Source: Phycisphaeraceae bacterium
GTDB lineage: Bacteria; Planctomycetota; Phycisphaerae; Phycisphaerales; Phycisphaeraceae
Direction of reading: 5' to 3'
Assembly (NCBI GenBank): GCA_963674705.1
Contig: OY771506.1
Coordinates: 160,001-224,000 of the forward strand
Length of the DNA: 64,000 nucleotides
Shown: one piece after another, positions 19,017-28,698 of the stretch
Layout of the letters: every line of letters starts with the position of its first letter
How positions within the stretch are numbered: position 1 is the first letter of the stretch
The notes under the pieces: model-generated
The model's input: only the letters and a program-made list of their open reading frames with translations
The model's database searches: none
Told to the model about the DNA's origin: nothing
Position numbers and translations under genes: made by a program

Positions 19017-19760
19017 ATGAATCACAAACTTACCTCCCTTATCGTTGCGATCTGTGCGCTTAGCCTGCTGGCTGGGTGCCAGAGCGTGTCGCCTACTGCC
19101 GAGAAGAAGCCCAATCGTTTCCAGCCCGTCATTGATAAATGGGTGGAGCAGGATGCGGTGAATCCCCCGCCGAAGGATGCGGTGCTGTTTATTGGCAGCT
19201 CTAGCATTCGGTTGTGGGACTCGCTGCACGATGACTTCCCGCAGTACGACGTGATCCAGCGTGGGTTTGGCGGGTCGCATATTTCGGATTCGATCGAGTT
19301 TGCTGACAAGATTGTCACGCCTTACAAGCCCAGGGCGATCGTGATGTTTGCCGGCACGAACGATATCGCAAGCAACAAGTCGGTCGAGCGTGTGTTCAAT
19401 GAATACAAGACGTTCGTGAACCTTGCGCGTAAGGGCAAGAAGTGGGGAGAGGAGCCGGTACCGATCTTTTTCATCGGTATCACGCCTTGCGAATCACGCT
19501 GGAAGCATTGGCCGAAGTCGAGCGAATTGAATCGGCTTGTCAAAGAATACACATACAAGCACAAGAATCTTTATTACATCGATACACCGACACCTATTTT
19601 ATCTACCGCGCCGGTGCCGGGCGGGCCGCCGTCGAAAGATCTGTTCCGTGACGATTTGCTACACCTGAGTCCGGAGGGTTATGCGCTATGGACGCGTGTG
19701 ATCACGCCGGTGCTCGAGGCGTATTGCCCGCCGATCAAGAAGGAAGAAACCGCCAAGTAA
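19017..19760 (+). CDS. SGNH/GDSL hydrolase lipoprotein
   Basis: Lipobox LLAGC; FIGSSSIRLW, RGFGGS, AGTNDI and DLLHLSPEGY. Confidence 0.88.
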   Translation: MNHKLTSLIVAICALSLLAGCQSVSPTAEKKPNRFQPVIDKWVEQDAVNPPPKDAVLFIGSSSIRLWDSLHDDFPQYDVIQRGFGGSHISDSIEFADKIVTPYKPRAIVMFAGTNDIASNKSVERVFNEYKTFVNLARKGKKWGEEPVPIFFIGITPCESRWKHWPKSSELNRLVKEYTYKHKNLYYIDTPTPILSTAPVPGGPPSKDLFRDDLLHLSPEGYALWTRVITPVLEAYCPPIKKEETAK

Positions 19761-19762
19761 TC

Positions 19763-20719
19763 ATGGATGCGAAGCGCACAATCCCCAACGAGCCAACGTA
19801 TGCCGTGATCGGCTCGGGCGCGGTAGGTGCGTACTACGGCGGGTGCTTGCAGCGACTCGGCCGGGAGGTGCATTACCTTTGCCGCAGCGATTACGAGCAT
19901 GTGTCGCAACACGGCTGGCGCATCGATTCGTACAAGGGTAACTTCGTCCTTCCACAAGCACAGGTGTATCGCGATGTAAAGGATATGCCGGCGTGTGACG
20001 TGGTGATTGTTGCACTGAAAACGACGAGCAATCACCTGTTGCCGAAGTTGCTTCCGCCGATGATGCATGACAATACGGTGGTGCTGATGCTCCAGAACGG
20101 GTTAGGCATCGAGCAGCAGGTCGGCGAGATCGTTGGGCACGAGAATGTGATGGGCGGGTTGTGTTTTATCTGCTCGCACAAACTCGGCCCGGGGCACGTG
20201 CATCACATGGACTATGGCCGGGTCGAATTCGCTGACCACACGGCCGACGGATCGCCAGCAGGGATCACGCCGCGGTTGCGGACGGTGTCACAGGACTTCG
20301 AGCGGGCGGGTAACGATGTCGTCGTCAATGAAGACCTTGTGCAGGCACGCTGGCGCAAGCTGGTGTGGAACGTGCCGTTTAATGGGTTGAGTGTGGTGCT
20401 GGATACCGACACGCTTTCGATCATGAGTGATGATGCGCTGCGACAGCGTGCACACGGCTTGATGCTGGAAGTGAAAAGAGCCGCGAAGGCGTGCGCGGGC
20501 CGGGAGATCGAAGACGCGTTCATCCGGATGATGCTCGATTGGACAGCGAAGATGGAGCCGTACCTGCCGAGTATGAAGATCGATTACGACGAAGGCCGTC
20601 CGATGGAGATCGAAGCGATCTTTGGCGCGCCACTGCGTGGGGCACAGAGCGTTGGCTGTGATGTGCCGGGATTGAGCGAGGTCTATGAACGCCTGTCTGC
20701 CATCAACCGTGATCGTTAA
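19763..20719 (+). CDS. panE: 2-dehydropantoate 2-reductase family
   Basis: GSGAVGAYYG, LQNGLG, WRKLVWNVPFNGLS and PSMKIDY..GRPMEIE. Confidence 0.88.
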   Translation: MDAKRTIPNEPTYAVIGSGAVGAYYGGCLQRLGREVHYLCRSDYEHVSQHGWRIDSYKGNFVLPQAQVYRDVKDMPACDVVIVALKTTSNHLLPKLLPPMMHDNTVVLMLQNGLGIEQQVGEIVGHENVMGGLCFICSHKLGPGHVHHMDYGRVEFADHTADGSPAGITPRLRTVSQDFERAGNDVVVNEDLVQARWRKLVWNVPFNGLSVVLDTDTLSIMSDDALRQRAHGLMLEVKRAAKACAGREIEDAFIRMMLDWTAKMEPYLPSMKIDYDEGRPMEIEAIFGAPLRGAQSVGCDVPGLSEVYERLSAINRDR

Positions 20720-22133
20720 TTCTGTCCGGATCATGATCGGGCAGCGTGATGGTGACGACGAATTCGCCCGCGGACTGGGATTCGGCGCGGATGTGTCCGC
20801 CGACAGCATCGATCGCCTGGCGGGTCAGGGCGAGGCCTAAACCAAAGCGCGAGCCGGTATCTGTTCTGGCGCGATCGGCACGCCAGAAACGGTCGAATAC
20901 TTTGCCGACGTCGGCTGCGGTTATTCGACTGCCGGTGTTTGCGATGCGTATCTGAACAGCCTTCTCTGTTTTTAGTGAATTGATCGTGACTGTCCCACCG
21001 TCATCGACATAATTCTGTGCATTGTGCAACACGTTACGGATCGCCAGCGTGAGCAAGGAGATATCCGTATGGACAGGGTCGCAGGCGTCGAGTGTGATCT
21101 GCTCCCGGTACACGAAGGACGCGGGCTGCGCATGTTTCAAGTTTCGCCATGTCGTGCGAATGACCTCATCGACATCCACCGGTTCGTAAGTCGGCGTGAC
21201 CAGGCCGCGTTCGAGCTTGGCAAGATGCAGCAACGCAGACACCAGGACATTCATCTGATCGGTGATCTCGTGCACGTTGCGGAGTGCCTGTTGGTATTCT
21301 TCCGTGTTACGAGTCTTTCTCAGCGCCACATCGAGGGTGGCCTGTAGCCCGGCCAAGGGGGTACGTAGCTCGTGCGCGAGGTCGGCCGAGAAGGATCGCT
21401 CTCGCTCAAACGCTATCTGAAGGCGGGACATCAGGCCGTTGAACTGCTCGAGTATCGGCTTTAACTCGCGCGGCAGGTCGGGCAGGTCAAGCGGCTGATC
21501 GAGCAGGCCCTCATCGATAGCGCCCAGCCGATCGGCCAACACATCCACGGATCGTAATCCCCTCACGATGGCCAGCCTGGTCAGCAGCACCATCGTCACG
21601 GCAAACACCAGCCCCACACCGATCAGGACCAGACGCAAAATGTTCAGCGGTAACTGCAATTCTGCCACGTCGCGCGCCACACACAACACAACAGGGCTGG
21701 TCACCTGCTGCTCCGAGCTGTCGACAATCGGCATGACCCGGCTGGCTACAAAATGACCGAGACTTCCGTTGGGCAGCATGACCTGGCGGACATCGGAGAA
21801 GTCGTCGGACAATGCCTGGTTGGGCAGATCATGCTCACCCAGAGATGGCGAACGGAAGAACGATCGGCCGTCGTTCAGATAAACCTGCAGATACCCCCCC
21901 GCTTCATCCCGGGCGAATTCACTCAGATCAAGCTCACGGAAACCCAGTTCCAGCTCGTCGTGGTCCACTTCGATGCTGGAGGCGAGTATCCTTGCTTTGC
22001 GTATCAACGAGTCGTCGAATTGTTGTGTGAGGATGGCGTCGGTCAGAAAGTAGATCGCGAGCGCGGCAACGACGCTCAGCGAGATCGCGCCTATGCTGGT
22101 CGTTAACGCCATATCCCGTTTCAGAGATCGCAT
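20703..22133 (-). CDS. Sensor histidine kinase (CusS/QseC-like, HAMP-HisKA-HATPase)
   Basis: Two TM segments; FSADLAHELRTPL, NVLHNA, FDRFWRAD and GLGLAL. Confidence 0.92.
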   Translation of the reverse strand: MRSLKRDMALTTSIGAISLSVVAALAIYFLTDAILTQQFDDSLIRKARILASSIEVDHDELELGFRELDLSEFARDEAGGYLQVYLNDGRSFFRSPSLGEHDLPNQALSDDFSDVRQVMLPNGSLGHFVASRVMPIVDSSEQQVTSPVVLCVARDVAELQLPLNILRLVLIGVGLVFAVTMVLLTRLAIVRGLRSVDVLADRLGAIDEGLLDQPLDLPDLPRELKPILEQFNGLMSRLQIAFERERSFSADLAHELRTPLAGLQATLDVALRKTRNTEEYQQALRNVHEITDQMNVLVSALLHLAKLERGLVTPTYEPVDVDEVIRTTWRNLKHAQPASFVYREQITLDACDPVHTDISLLTLAIRNVLHNAQNYVDDGGTVTINSLKTEKAVQIRIANTGSRITAADVGKVFDRFWRADRARTDTGSRFGLGLALTRQAIDAVGGHIRAESQSAGEFVVTITLPDHDPDRINDHG

Positions 22134-22807
22134 GGCGCGTATTCCTGCAAAACATAACCCATCCCGCGCCGTGTATGAATCAAACGGGGTCGATCGGGTG
22201 TTTCGATTTTACGGCGGAGCTGAGCGATGTGGACATCAATCGTGTTCGAGTTCGGCTCGGTGTCGAAGCCGTAGATATGTTCACTGATAGTGGTCCGGCT
22301 GACGACTTCACCGATGCGTAGTGCCAGCACTTCGATCACCGCAAACTCCCTTGCAGTGAGATCGATCGCCTGGCCCTCCCATGTCACACGACGGGCCCGC
22401 AGGTCGATGCATAAACCGGCGATCCGGACCTCGTTGGTGGCAACTTCGTACTTGCGGCGGATAAGCGCGTGAACTCGCGCCAGCAGCTCCTCAAAAGCAA
22501 AGGGCTTAACCAGGTAATCGTCCGCGCCACTGTCCAGACCTTTCACCCGATCCTCGACCGCGTCCTTGGCGGTCAAGATCAATACCGCAGTTCGGTTGCC
22601 CTCACCGCGGATCCGCCGGAGGATCGACAAACCGTCCATGCCCGGCAGCATCAGATCGAGCACGATGACGTCGTAGGTGGCGTCACGCGCATACCAGAGC
22701 CCTTCCTTGCTGTCACCGGTCGCATCGACGGTGAAGTCGGCCTCACGTAGTCCCTGCACGAGGGATTGCCTTAGTGGCGCGTAATCTTCTATTACCAGCA
22801 GCTTCAT
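22121..22807 (-). CDS. OmpR-family response regulator
   Basis: MKLLVIED, LDLMLPGMDG, GADDYLVKPF, LTAREF and IHTRRGMGY. Confidence 0.95.
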   Translation of the reverse strand: MKLLVIEDYAPLRQSLVQGLREADFTVDATGDSKEGLWYARDATYDVIVLDLMLPGMDGLSILRRIRGEGNRTAVLILTAKDAVEDRVKGLDSGADDYLVKPFAFEELLARVHALIRRKYEVATNEVRIAGLCIDLRARRVTWEGQAIDLTAREFAVIEVLALRIGEVVSRTTISEHIYGFDTEPNSNTIDVHIAQLRRKIETPDRPRLIHTRRGMGYVLQEYAPCDL

Positions 22808-22894
22808 AACCGAACCTTGCGGTACCTGAAAAAAGTCATCGGCATGTAACCACGCCGATGACCGTGGATGCATCATACGCCCATCAGGCCATGA

Positions 22895-23518
22895 TCAATC
22901 ATCGTCATCTTTATCATCATCCGCTTCATGTTCATCATCATCGTCATCACCGCGCCTGCCGTGGTATTTATGATCGTCGTCGTCATCATCGTCGCCGCGC
23001 TTGGCATGATCCTGCTCATCAGCCAGACCGAGGGGATGCTCAACGAGCTTGCCGTCTGTGGTAAGGCGGAATTCGTGTTTTTTACCGTTGACCTTGGCAT
23101 CGAACTCATATTGTATGCGTGGCTCAGCCAGAGGCACCAGCTTTAATTCGCCGTGCTGCTCGATCTTTTCGAGTTCCAGAAGCTTTCCGCCCTTGATCAG
23201 CTCCGCGATCTTGTTGGCGACGGCCTGGGGCAGTTGTGAAGGCTCGACTTTTTCTTCCACACTCAGGACAGAACCGTCTTCCAGAACACACACATCAACT
23301 TCCCGGTTGCCGGTCTTCACTTCGACTTCATAGACGCGGACAAGCAGCACTTCGGGCTCGGTTTCTTGCACTTTGCCGCCGGGTACCAACTTTTGAATGG
23401 CCTGCATGGCGGCCTTGCTCAGTTCTGCATCTTCGTGTTCCGCTCGTGCTGTGCTCTGACCGAGGGTTAAAAGACCTGTCGCGATCATGAGGGTGACAAG
23501 TTTCCTGGCGATACGCAT
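22895..23518 (-). CDS. Secreted PepSY/BLIP-like repeat protein with Asp/His-rich tail
   Basis: Signal peptide; two YEVEV..EDG / YEF..TTDG repeats; LPQAV motif; acidic C-terminus; AGGAG RBS. Confidence 0.7.
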   Translation of the reverse strand: MRIARKLVTLMIATGLLTLGQSTARAEHEDAELSKAAMQAIQKLVPGGKVQETEPEVLLVRVYEVEVKTGNREVDVCVLEDGSVLSVEEKVEPSQLPQAVANKIAELIKGGKLLELEKIEQHGELKLVPLAEPRIQYEFDAKVNGKKHEFRLTTDGKLVEHPLGLADEQDHAKRGDDDDDDDHKYHGRRGDDDDDEHEADDDKDDDD

Positions 23519-23723
23519 GTCTGGGCTCCTATCAAAGTCAAACGGACGTCCGTGGTTGGAGGTGGCCGCGACGGGTACGGGCCGCGTCTGAGAGAGGCCA
23601 CGTGTGGAGGATACGCCATGGAACATGAAGCCAGCGTGAAGCGGCTTGGAATGGCAAGTTATCGTGGCAAGAAAATTAAGCTGTTGCCGCGCCGTCTCTT
23701 ACCCTTCATTTGCGATAAGAGTG

Positions 23724-24587
23724 TTATCTCGGCTCGTACATCACAGCCTGGCCCCTGAAGAGGAAACGCAGATCGGCGATCGGCCAGCTTTCGATACCCA
23801 TATCAGGGTCGGCGATCAGGGTCCGGTTGTTGTCGTCGGGATCGAGGCCGATGAAGACGACGTCGTGGTAGAAGCCGGGCATCCAGTCGTTCTGTCGGCC
23901 GTAGGCTGCAGCGTTTGGTGCGTTGCCGCGTGAAGGCAGGCCGACGAGGATGATGGCGGGTTCGGTGCTTTGCAGCAGTTGTTCAAGCGACAAATGAGTC
24001 AATCGCGTCTTGCAACCGAAGAGTGGTTTCTGATCCTCAAAGTGACGCAGAGCGCGGTAGAGCCCGAGGCCTTCGGTGCCTTTGCCCCATTTTGTACGTG
24101 CCAGTTCGATGGCCTGATCTTCCGTGCATTCAACGCCGTAGGTATGAAGCAGCGTAACAATCGAAGCGGCAGAGCAGTTGTAATCGCTGGTCTGTCGGCA
24201 GACACCGTCCTTGTCGATGTTCGTGCCGAAGGAAGGCGCTTGCTTGGCGAGATGGTAGCTGTATGGCTGGAGCGAAAGCACGAAAAGAAGACCGCACCAT
24301 AAGACCATCCGCACACGTTGGCCTCGCGTTTTTACAAACCACCAGACGCAGGGGAAGAACAGCGCGCCGGCAAGCGGATACAGGTTGTCATAAAAAGTCA
24401 GATCGCGATACGGAACAAACATCACGATGATGTCGGGCCTGATCGCGATGATAAGTGCGATGAAAGCGACGCCGCCGGAAATGAGGATCCCCAGGATCGC
24501 GCCGTTTCGACTGCGGGCGAGCCTCCAGCCCAAAACGGCGAACAAAACGATCAGGAACGCGTTGCCGATGACATGAACGGTCGGCAT
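23724..24587 (-). CDS. Membrane-anchored peptidase C39-like protein
   Basis: Four TM segments, then RQTSDYNCSAAS (catalytic Cys), HDVVF (His) and IADP (Asp). Confidence 0.75.
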   Translation of the reverse strand: MPTVHVIGNAFLIVLFAVLGWRLARSRNGAILGILISGGVAFIALIIAIRPDIIVMFVPYRDLTFYDNLYPLAGALFFPCVWWFVKTRGQRVRMVLWCGLLFVLSLQPYSYHLAKQAPSFGTNIDKDGVCRQTSDYNCSAASIVTLLHTYGVECTEDQAIELARTKWGKGTEGLGLYRALRHFEDQKPLFGCKTRLTHLSLEQLLQSTEPAIILVGLPSRGNAPNAAAYGRQNDWMPGFYHDVVFIGLDPDDNNRTLIADPDMGIESWPIADLRFLFRGQAVMYEPR

Positions 24588-24703
24588 GGTTCATACCCCT
24601 TACGACTATCCATATCCTAGGCTCGATTCCGGTGATAGATCAAGACACTTTACCGCAGTGGCAATCAGATTTTACCGGCATTGAGGAGCGAATCCGGTGC
24701 GGA

Positions 24704-24732
24704 TTGACGTTTCAATGGCGTATTGCGATAAT
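24704..24732 (+). promoter_or_regulatory. sigma70-like promoter of tig
   Basis: TTGACG-N17-GATAAT. Confidence 0.55.
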
Positions 24733-24869
24733 GCTCGGCCCTGTCGAGATACCGGCGTCGTATGGGAACGGCGCCAGGCGTGGGTCGGCAGGGATCATCG
24801 TTCAAACCCCCCGCCCCTTACGAATCCCAGATTTTTTGATCAACCCTGAGAAATAGGAGCTGTGGGGTT

Positions 24870-26366
24870 ATGGCTGAAGACAAAACCGCCGTTGCAGAGC
24901 AAAACGAAGAAACCAAGCCGAAGCAGGATGTCAAAGTGGAGGACGCCGGCCCGGCGCTGAAGCGTTTGACGATCGAACTGCCCGAAGAGCGGATCAAGGA
25001 AAAGATCGAATCGATGTACAAGGAGCTGCGTGACGACGCGGTGCTGCCGGGTTTCCGTCGCGGACGTGCCCCCCGCCGGCTTCTTGAAAAACGGTTCAAA
25101 TCTTCGATCACGGATCAGCTCAAGGGCCAACTGCTCAGCGAAAGCTACACGCAGGCCATTGAAGATCAGAGCTTGGATGTGATCGGCGAACCCGATGTGA
25201 AGGACCCGGACAAGCTGGAGGTGCCGGAATCCGGTGCGTTCAAATATGTCGTTGAGGTCGAGATCGCGCCGAAGGTTGAATTGCCTGAGTTCGACAAGAT
25301 CGAAGTTAACAAGGCGGTCTTCGAAGTCAGCGATGACGATGTTGATAAAGAAGTCGAACAACTTCAGATGCGTTTCGGCAAGCCGAACACCGTCGAAGAC
25401 GGCGCCGCGGAGGAAGGCGACTACCTGTCGTCGGACGTGGTTGTGCTGGCCGGTAAAGATGCCGGCGAAGATGCGGAAAAACTGCTGGAAATGCCCGACA
25501 CATACGTGCTGGTCCCCGGCAAGAAGAGCGACTACAAAGGTCACGTCACGGGCATCGTGGTTGACGATCTGGGCAAGCGTTTGAAGGGCAAGAAGGCCGG
25601 CGACGTCGAAACCATTTCAATGACCGGCCCCTCCGGTCACGAGAACGAAAAGATCAAGGATCAGCCGATCACGATCAAGGTCACGATCAAGAAGATCGAG
25701 CGGATCGAGAAGGCTGATGTTGAAGAGTTGCCGGCGATGGTCGGCGTGGAATCCGTTGACGACATGAAGTCGCGGATCAAGGAAATGATCGAGCAGCGTC
25801 GCACGCAGAACCAGCGTGCCGACATGCACAAGCAGGTTGCTGAATACCTGATCGAGAACGTCGGGCTTGAGCTGCCCAAGGGCGTGACCGGTCGTCAGAC
25901 AGCCCGCATCCTGCAACGTCAGCAGATGGAGCTGGCGTACCGCGGCGTGCCGGAAGAAGAGATCGCTCAGAAGATCGCTGAGATGCGTGGCGATTCCGAA
26001 GAAGCAGCGATCCGCCAGTTGAAGCTGTTCTTCATCCTGGACCAGGCGGCGAAGGACCTGGAGGTCGAGGTTCACGAGAACGAACTGAACGGCCGCATCG
26101 CGATGCTGGCCTACCAGCAGGGTCGTCGGCCCGAGAAGCTGCGTCAGGAGATGCACAAGCAGGGCCAGATCGAGCAGCTTTACCTGCAGATCCGCGAGCA
26201 GAAGGTGCTCGACCAGATCATCGAGAAGGCCAACGTGAAGGAAGTCGAAGCCGAGGCGGGCGACAAGTCCGAGGCTAAGAAGACAACCAAGAAGAAGAGC
26301 ACGAAAAAGAAGACGACCAAGAAGAAGGTCGAGAAAAAGTCTGACGAAGATAAGGGCGACGAGTAG
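24870..26366 (+). CDS. tig: Trigger factor
   Basis: LPGFRRGRAP ribosome-binding motif; Lys-rich C-terminal tail; lies upstream of clpX. Confidence 0.95.
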   Translation: MAEDKTAVAEQNEETKPKQDVKVEDAGPALKRLTIELPEERIKEKIESMYKELRDDAVLPGFRRGRAPRRLLEKRFKSSITDQLKGQLLSESYTQAIEDQSLDVIGEPDVKDPDKLEVPESGAFKYVVEVEIAPKVELPEFDKIEVNKAVFEVSDDDVDKEVEQLQMRFGKPNTVEDGAAEEGDYLSSDVVVLAGKDAGEDAEKLLEMPDTYVLVPGKKSDYKGHVTGIVVDDLGKRLKGKKAGDVETISMTGPSGHENEKIKDQPITIKVTIKKIERIEKADVEELPAMVGVESVDDMKSRIKEMIEQRRTQNQRADMHKQVAEYLIENVGLELPKGVTGRQTARILQRQQMELAYRGVPEEEIAQKIAEMRGDSEEAAIRQLKLFFILDQAAKDLEVEVHENELNGRIAMLAYQQGRRPEKLRQEMHKQGQIEQLYLQIREQKVLDQIIEKANVKEVEAEAGDKSEAKKTTKKKSTKKKTTKKKVEKKSDEDKGDE

Positions 26367-26458
26367 GCTCGGCGTCTAAGGGCGCCTAGTATTTGATGTG
26401 GGCTGACCCGGCGTTACGAGCCGGCCCACACTTGTATCAATCCACCGGGCCCGAAGCG

Positions 26459-26920
26459 ATGGTATTAGCAGCGCTGTACCCGACCGATTTAGCCGGCACA
26501 GGTTTACCGCCTGTGCTGGCTCAATCGGCACGCGCCGCACGGGCGACGAATGACATCTGGATGATCCTGACGATCCTGGTCGTCGCTTCGATCCTGATCG
26601 TGGCGGTAGCCTTGATCGTGCGGAAAGTGCTGCTGGGTTCGGATGAAGCGAGCGCCGGCGAGGCGATCTTCGACCTATCTGAGCTACGGCGGCTGCACCG
26701 GGAGGGTGGCCTGACGGACGAGGAGTTCCAGGCGGCCCGGGCGGCGGCACTGATGGACGGAACGGGCTATCTCGGGGGCGAACAGGCTTCAGCATCCGCT
26801 ACTCCCCCGTCGGCAAAAAGCAGTCAGGATGTGGAACTGGGCCCCGAGTTGTTATCGGAACAGGATTTGGCGGACCCGCCTCAGGAAAATCCGCCGGATG
26901 ACGACGGCAAGAACCTATAA
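26459..26920 (+). CDS. Single-TM SHOCT-domain protein
   Basis: TM IWMILTILVVASILIVAVALIV, then LSELRRLHREGGLTDEEFQAARAA; start uncertain. Confidence 0.7.
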   Translation: MVLAALYPTDLAGTGLPPVLAQSARAARATNDIWMILTILVVASILIVAVALIVRKVLLGSDEASAGEAIFDLSELRRLHREGGLTDEEFQAARAAALMDGTGYLGGEQASASATPPSAKSSQDVELGPELLSEQDLADPPQENPPDDDGKNL

Positions 26921-27209
26921 CCTGATTCAGTCCTGATAAGTTGGGCAAACAGCTTCCCACAACTGAAAAAACCCACGTGATAACATACCTTGGACCCATA
27001 TTTCCGGGTCTGGATAGGCTATGATGTGAGGCTGGTCGGACGGTTAGTCAGTCGTGGCCCGTTTCAGGCGCAAGCCATGACCAAGATCGCACTAACGATG
27101 CACAAGCATCTGGACGATCCAACCTCTACCGGCACGTATGCCGACAGGTACGTATCCCGGGCGACCGACCGTGGACGTCACCGCAGAAATGTACAAGAGA
27201 TAATTGACC

Positions 27210-28568
27210 ATGCCCAACAACAAAAATGGTGGACGAGGGGGGCGTGGCCCCGGCGAAGGTGACGACGGAATGACCGGCGGCGGCGGCAGCGGCGGTAGTG
27301 GTGGCGGCGGCGGTGGCTTCAAGGGCCGACGCGTCACGACCTGTTCGTTCTGCGGCAAGAGCTCGCGCGAAGTCGGACCGATGGTCGAGGGGCCCAACGA
27401 CGTTTATATCTGCGCCAACTGCACCGACCTGTGCCAGAATATCTTCAAGCAGGAACGGCGGCGTGTGCAGTCCGGTCGGCCGAGTATCGGCTCCATCCCG
27501 ACGCCGCGGCAGCTCAAGGAGTTCCTCGATCAGTACGTGATCGGCCAGGACATGGCCAAGCGTGCGCTCAGTGTCTCCGTGCATAACCACTACAAACGAC
27601 TGACCGCCAGCGAGAAAGAAACGCCGGTAGAAATCGATAAATCCAACGTGTTGTTGATCGGCCCGACGGGCTCGGGCAAGACGCTGTTGGCGCGCACGCT
27701 GGCGCGCACGCTCAACGTGCCGTTCGCCATTGGTGACGCGACCACGCTGACCGAAGCGGGCTACGTCGGTGAAGACGTTGAAAATCTTTTGCTGAAGCTC
27801 TTGCAGGCTGCAGATTACGACCTGGAAGCGGCGCAACGCGGCATCATCTACATCGATGAAATCGACAAGATCGGCAAGACCAGCCAGAACGTCTCGATCA
27901 CTCGTGACGTGTCGGGCGAAGGTGTGCAGCAGGCGCTCTTGAAGATGCTGGAAGGCACGGTCGCGAACGTTCCGCCGCAAGGCGGGCGTAAGCACCCCGA
28001 ACAGCAGTACATCCAGATCGATACGTCGAACATCCTGTTCATCTGTGCCGGCACGTTCGTCGGATTGGAAGAGACGATCCGCAAGCGTCTGGGCCGCAAG
28101 GCGATCGGCTTTGCCAGCGAGCACAACACCGAAAACGAAGACCAGGACAAGGCCACACTTCTGTCGCAGGTGACAGCGGAAGACGTGTTGGAATACGGTA
28201 TGATCCCCGAGTTGATCGGCCGTCTTCCGGTGCTGACGCCGTTGATGCCGCTGGACGTGGAGGCGATGATCAAGATCCTGACCGAGCCGAAGAATGCGCT
28301 TGTGAGGCAGTACCAGTTCTTCTTCAACATGGAGAACGCGGAACTCGAATTCACGCAAGCGGCGCTGGAACGGGCGGCCGAGAAGGCGATCGCACGCAAG
28401 ACCGGAGCACGTGCGTTGCGTAGCGTGATGGAAGAGATGATGCTGGAATTGATGTACGACCTGCCCGAGTTGAACAACGAGGGCGCGAAGTACGTAATAG
28501 ATGCAGCCGCGATCGATGGGCGGAAACAACTGGCAGAGATGCGAGTGCCGCAGAAGGAATCGGCCTGA
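27210..28568 (+). CDS. clpX: ATP-dependent Clp protease ATP-binding subunit ClpX
   Basis: CSFCGK..CANC zinc finger, [32 protein letters not shown] loop and TGARALR. Confidence 0.98.
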   Translation: MPNNKNGGRGGRGPGEGDDGMTGGGGSGGSGGGGGGFKGRRVTTCSFCGKSSREVGPMVEGPNDVYICANCTDLCQNIFKQERRRVQSGRPSIGSIPTPRQLKEFLDQYVIGQDMAKRALSVSVHNHYKRLTASEKETPVEIDKSNVLLIGPTGSGKTLLARTLARTLNVPFAIGDATTLTEAGYVGEDVENLLLKLLQAADYDLEAAQRGIIYIDEIDKIGKTSQNVSITRDVSGEGVQQALLKMLEGTVANVPPQGGRKHPEQQYIQIDTSNILFICAGTFVGLEETIRKRLGRKAIGFASEHNTENEDQDKATLLSQVTAEDVLEYGMIPELIGRLPVLTPLMPLDVEAMIKILTEPKNALVRQYQFFFNMENAELEFTQAALERAAEKAIARKTGARALRSVMEEMMLELMYDLPELNNEGAKYVIDAAAIDGRKQLAEMRVPQKESA

Positions 28569-28698
28569 AACACGGTCGGCGCCTGACAAAGATCCCAAGC
28601 CAATGTAGGTAACTGGCGAAGTGGCGGTATCTTGTTGAATTAAACCGAGCCGGCATCCGGTTATGCCGTTGCTGCATGGACAGGGGATATAATTACGT

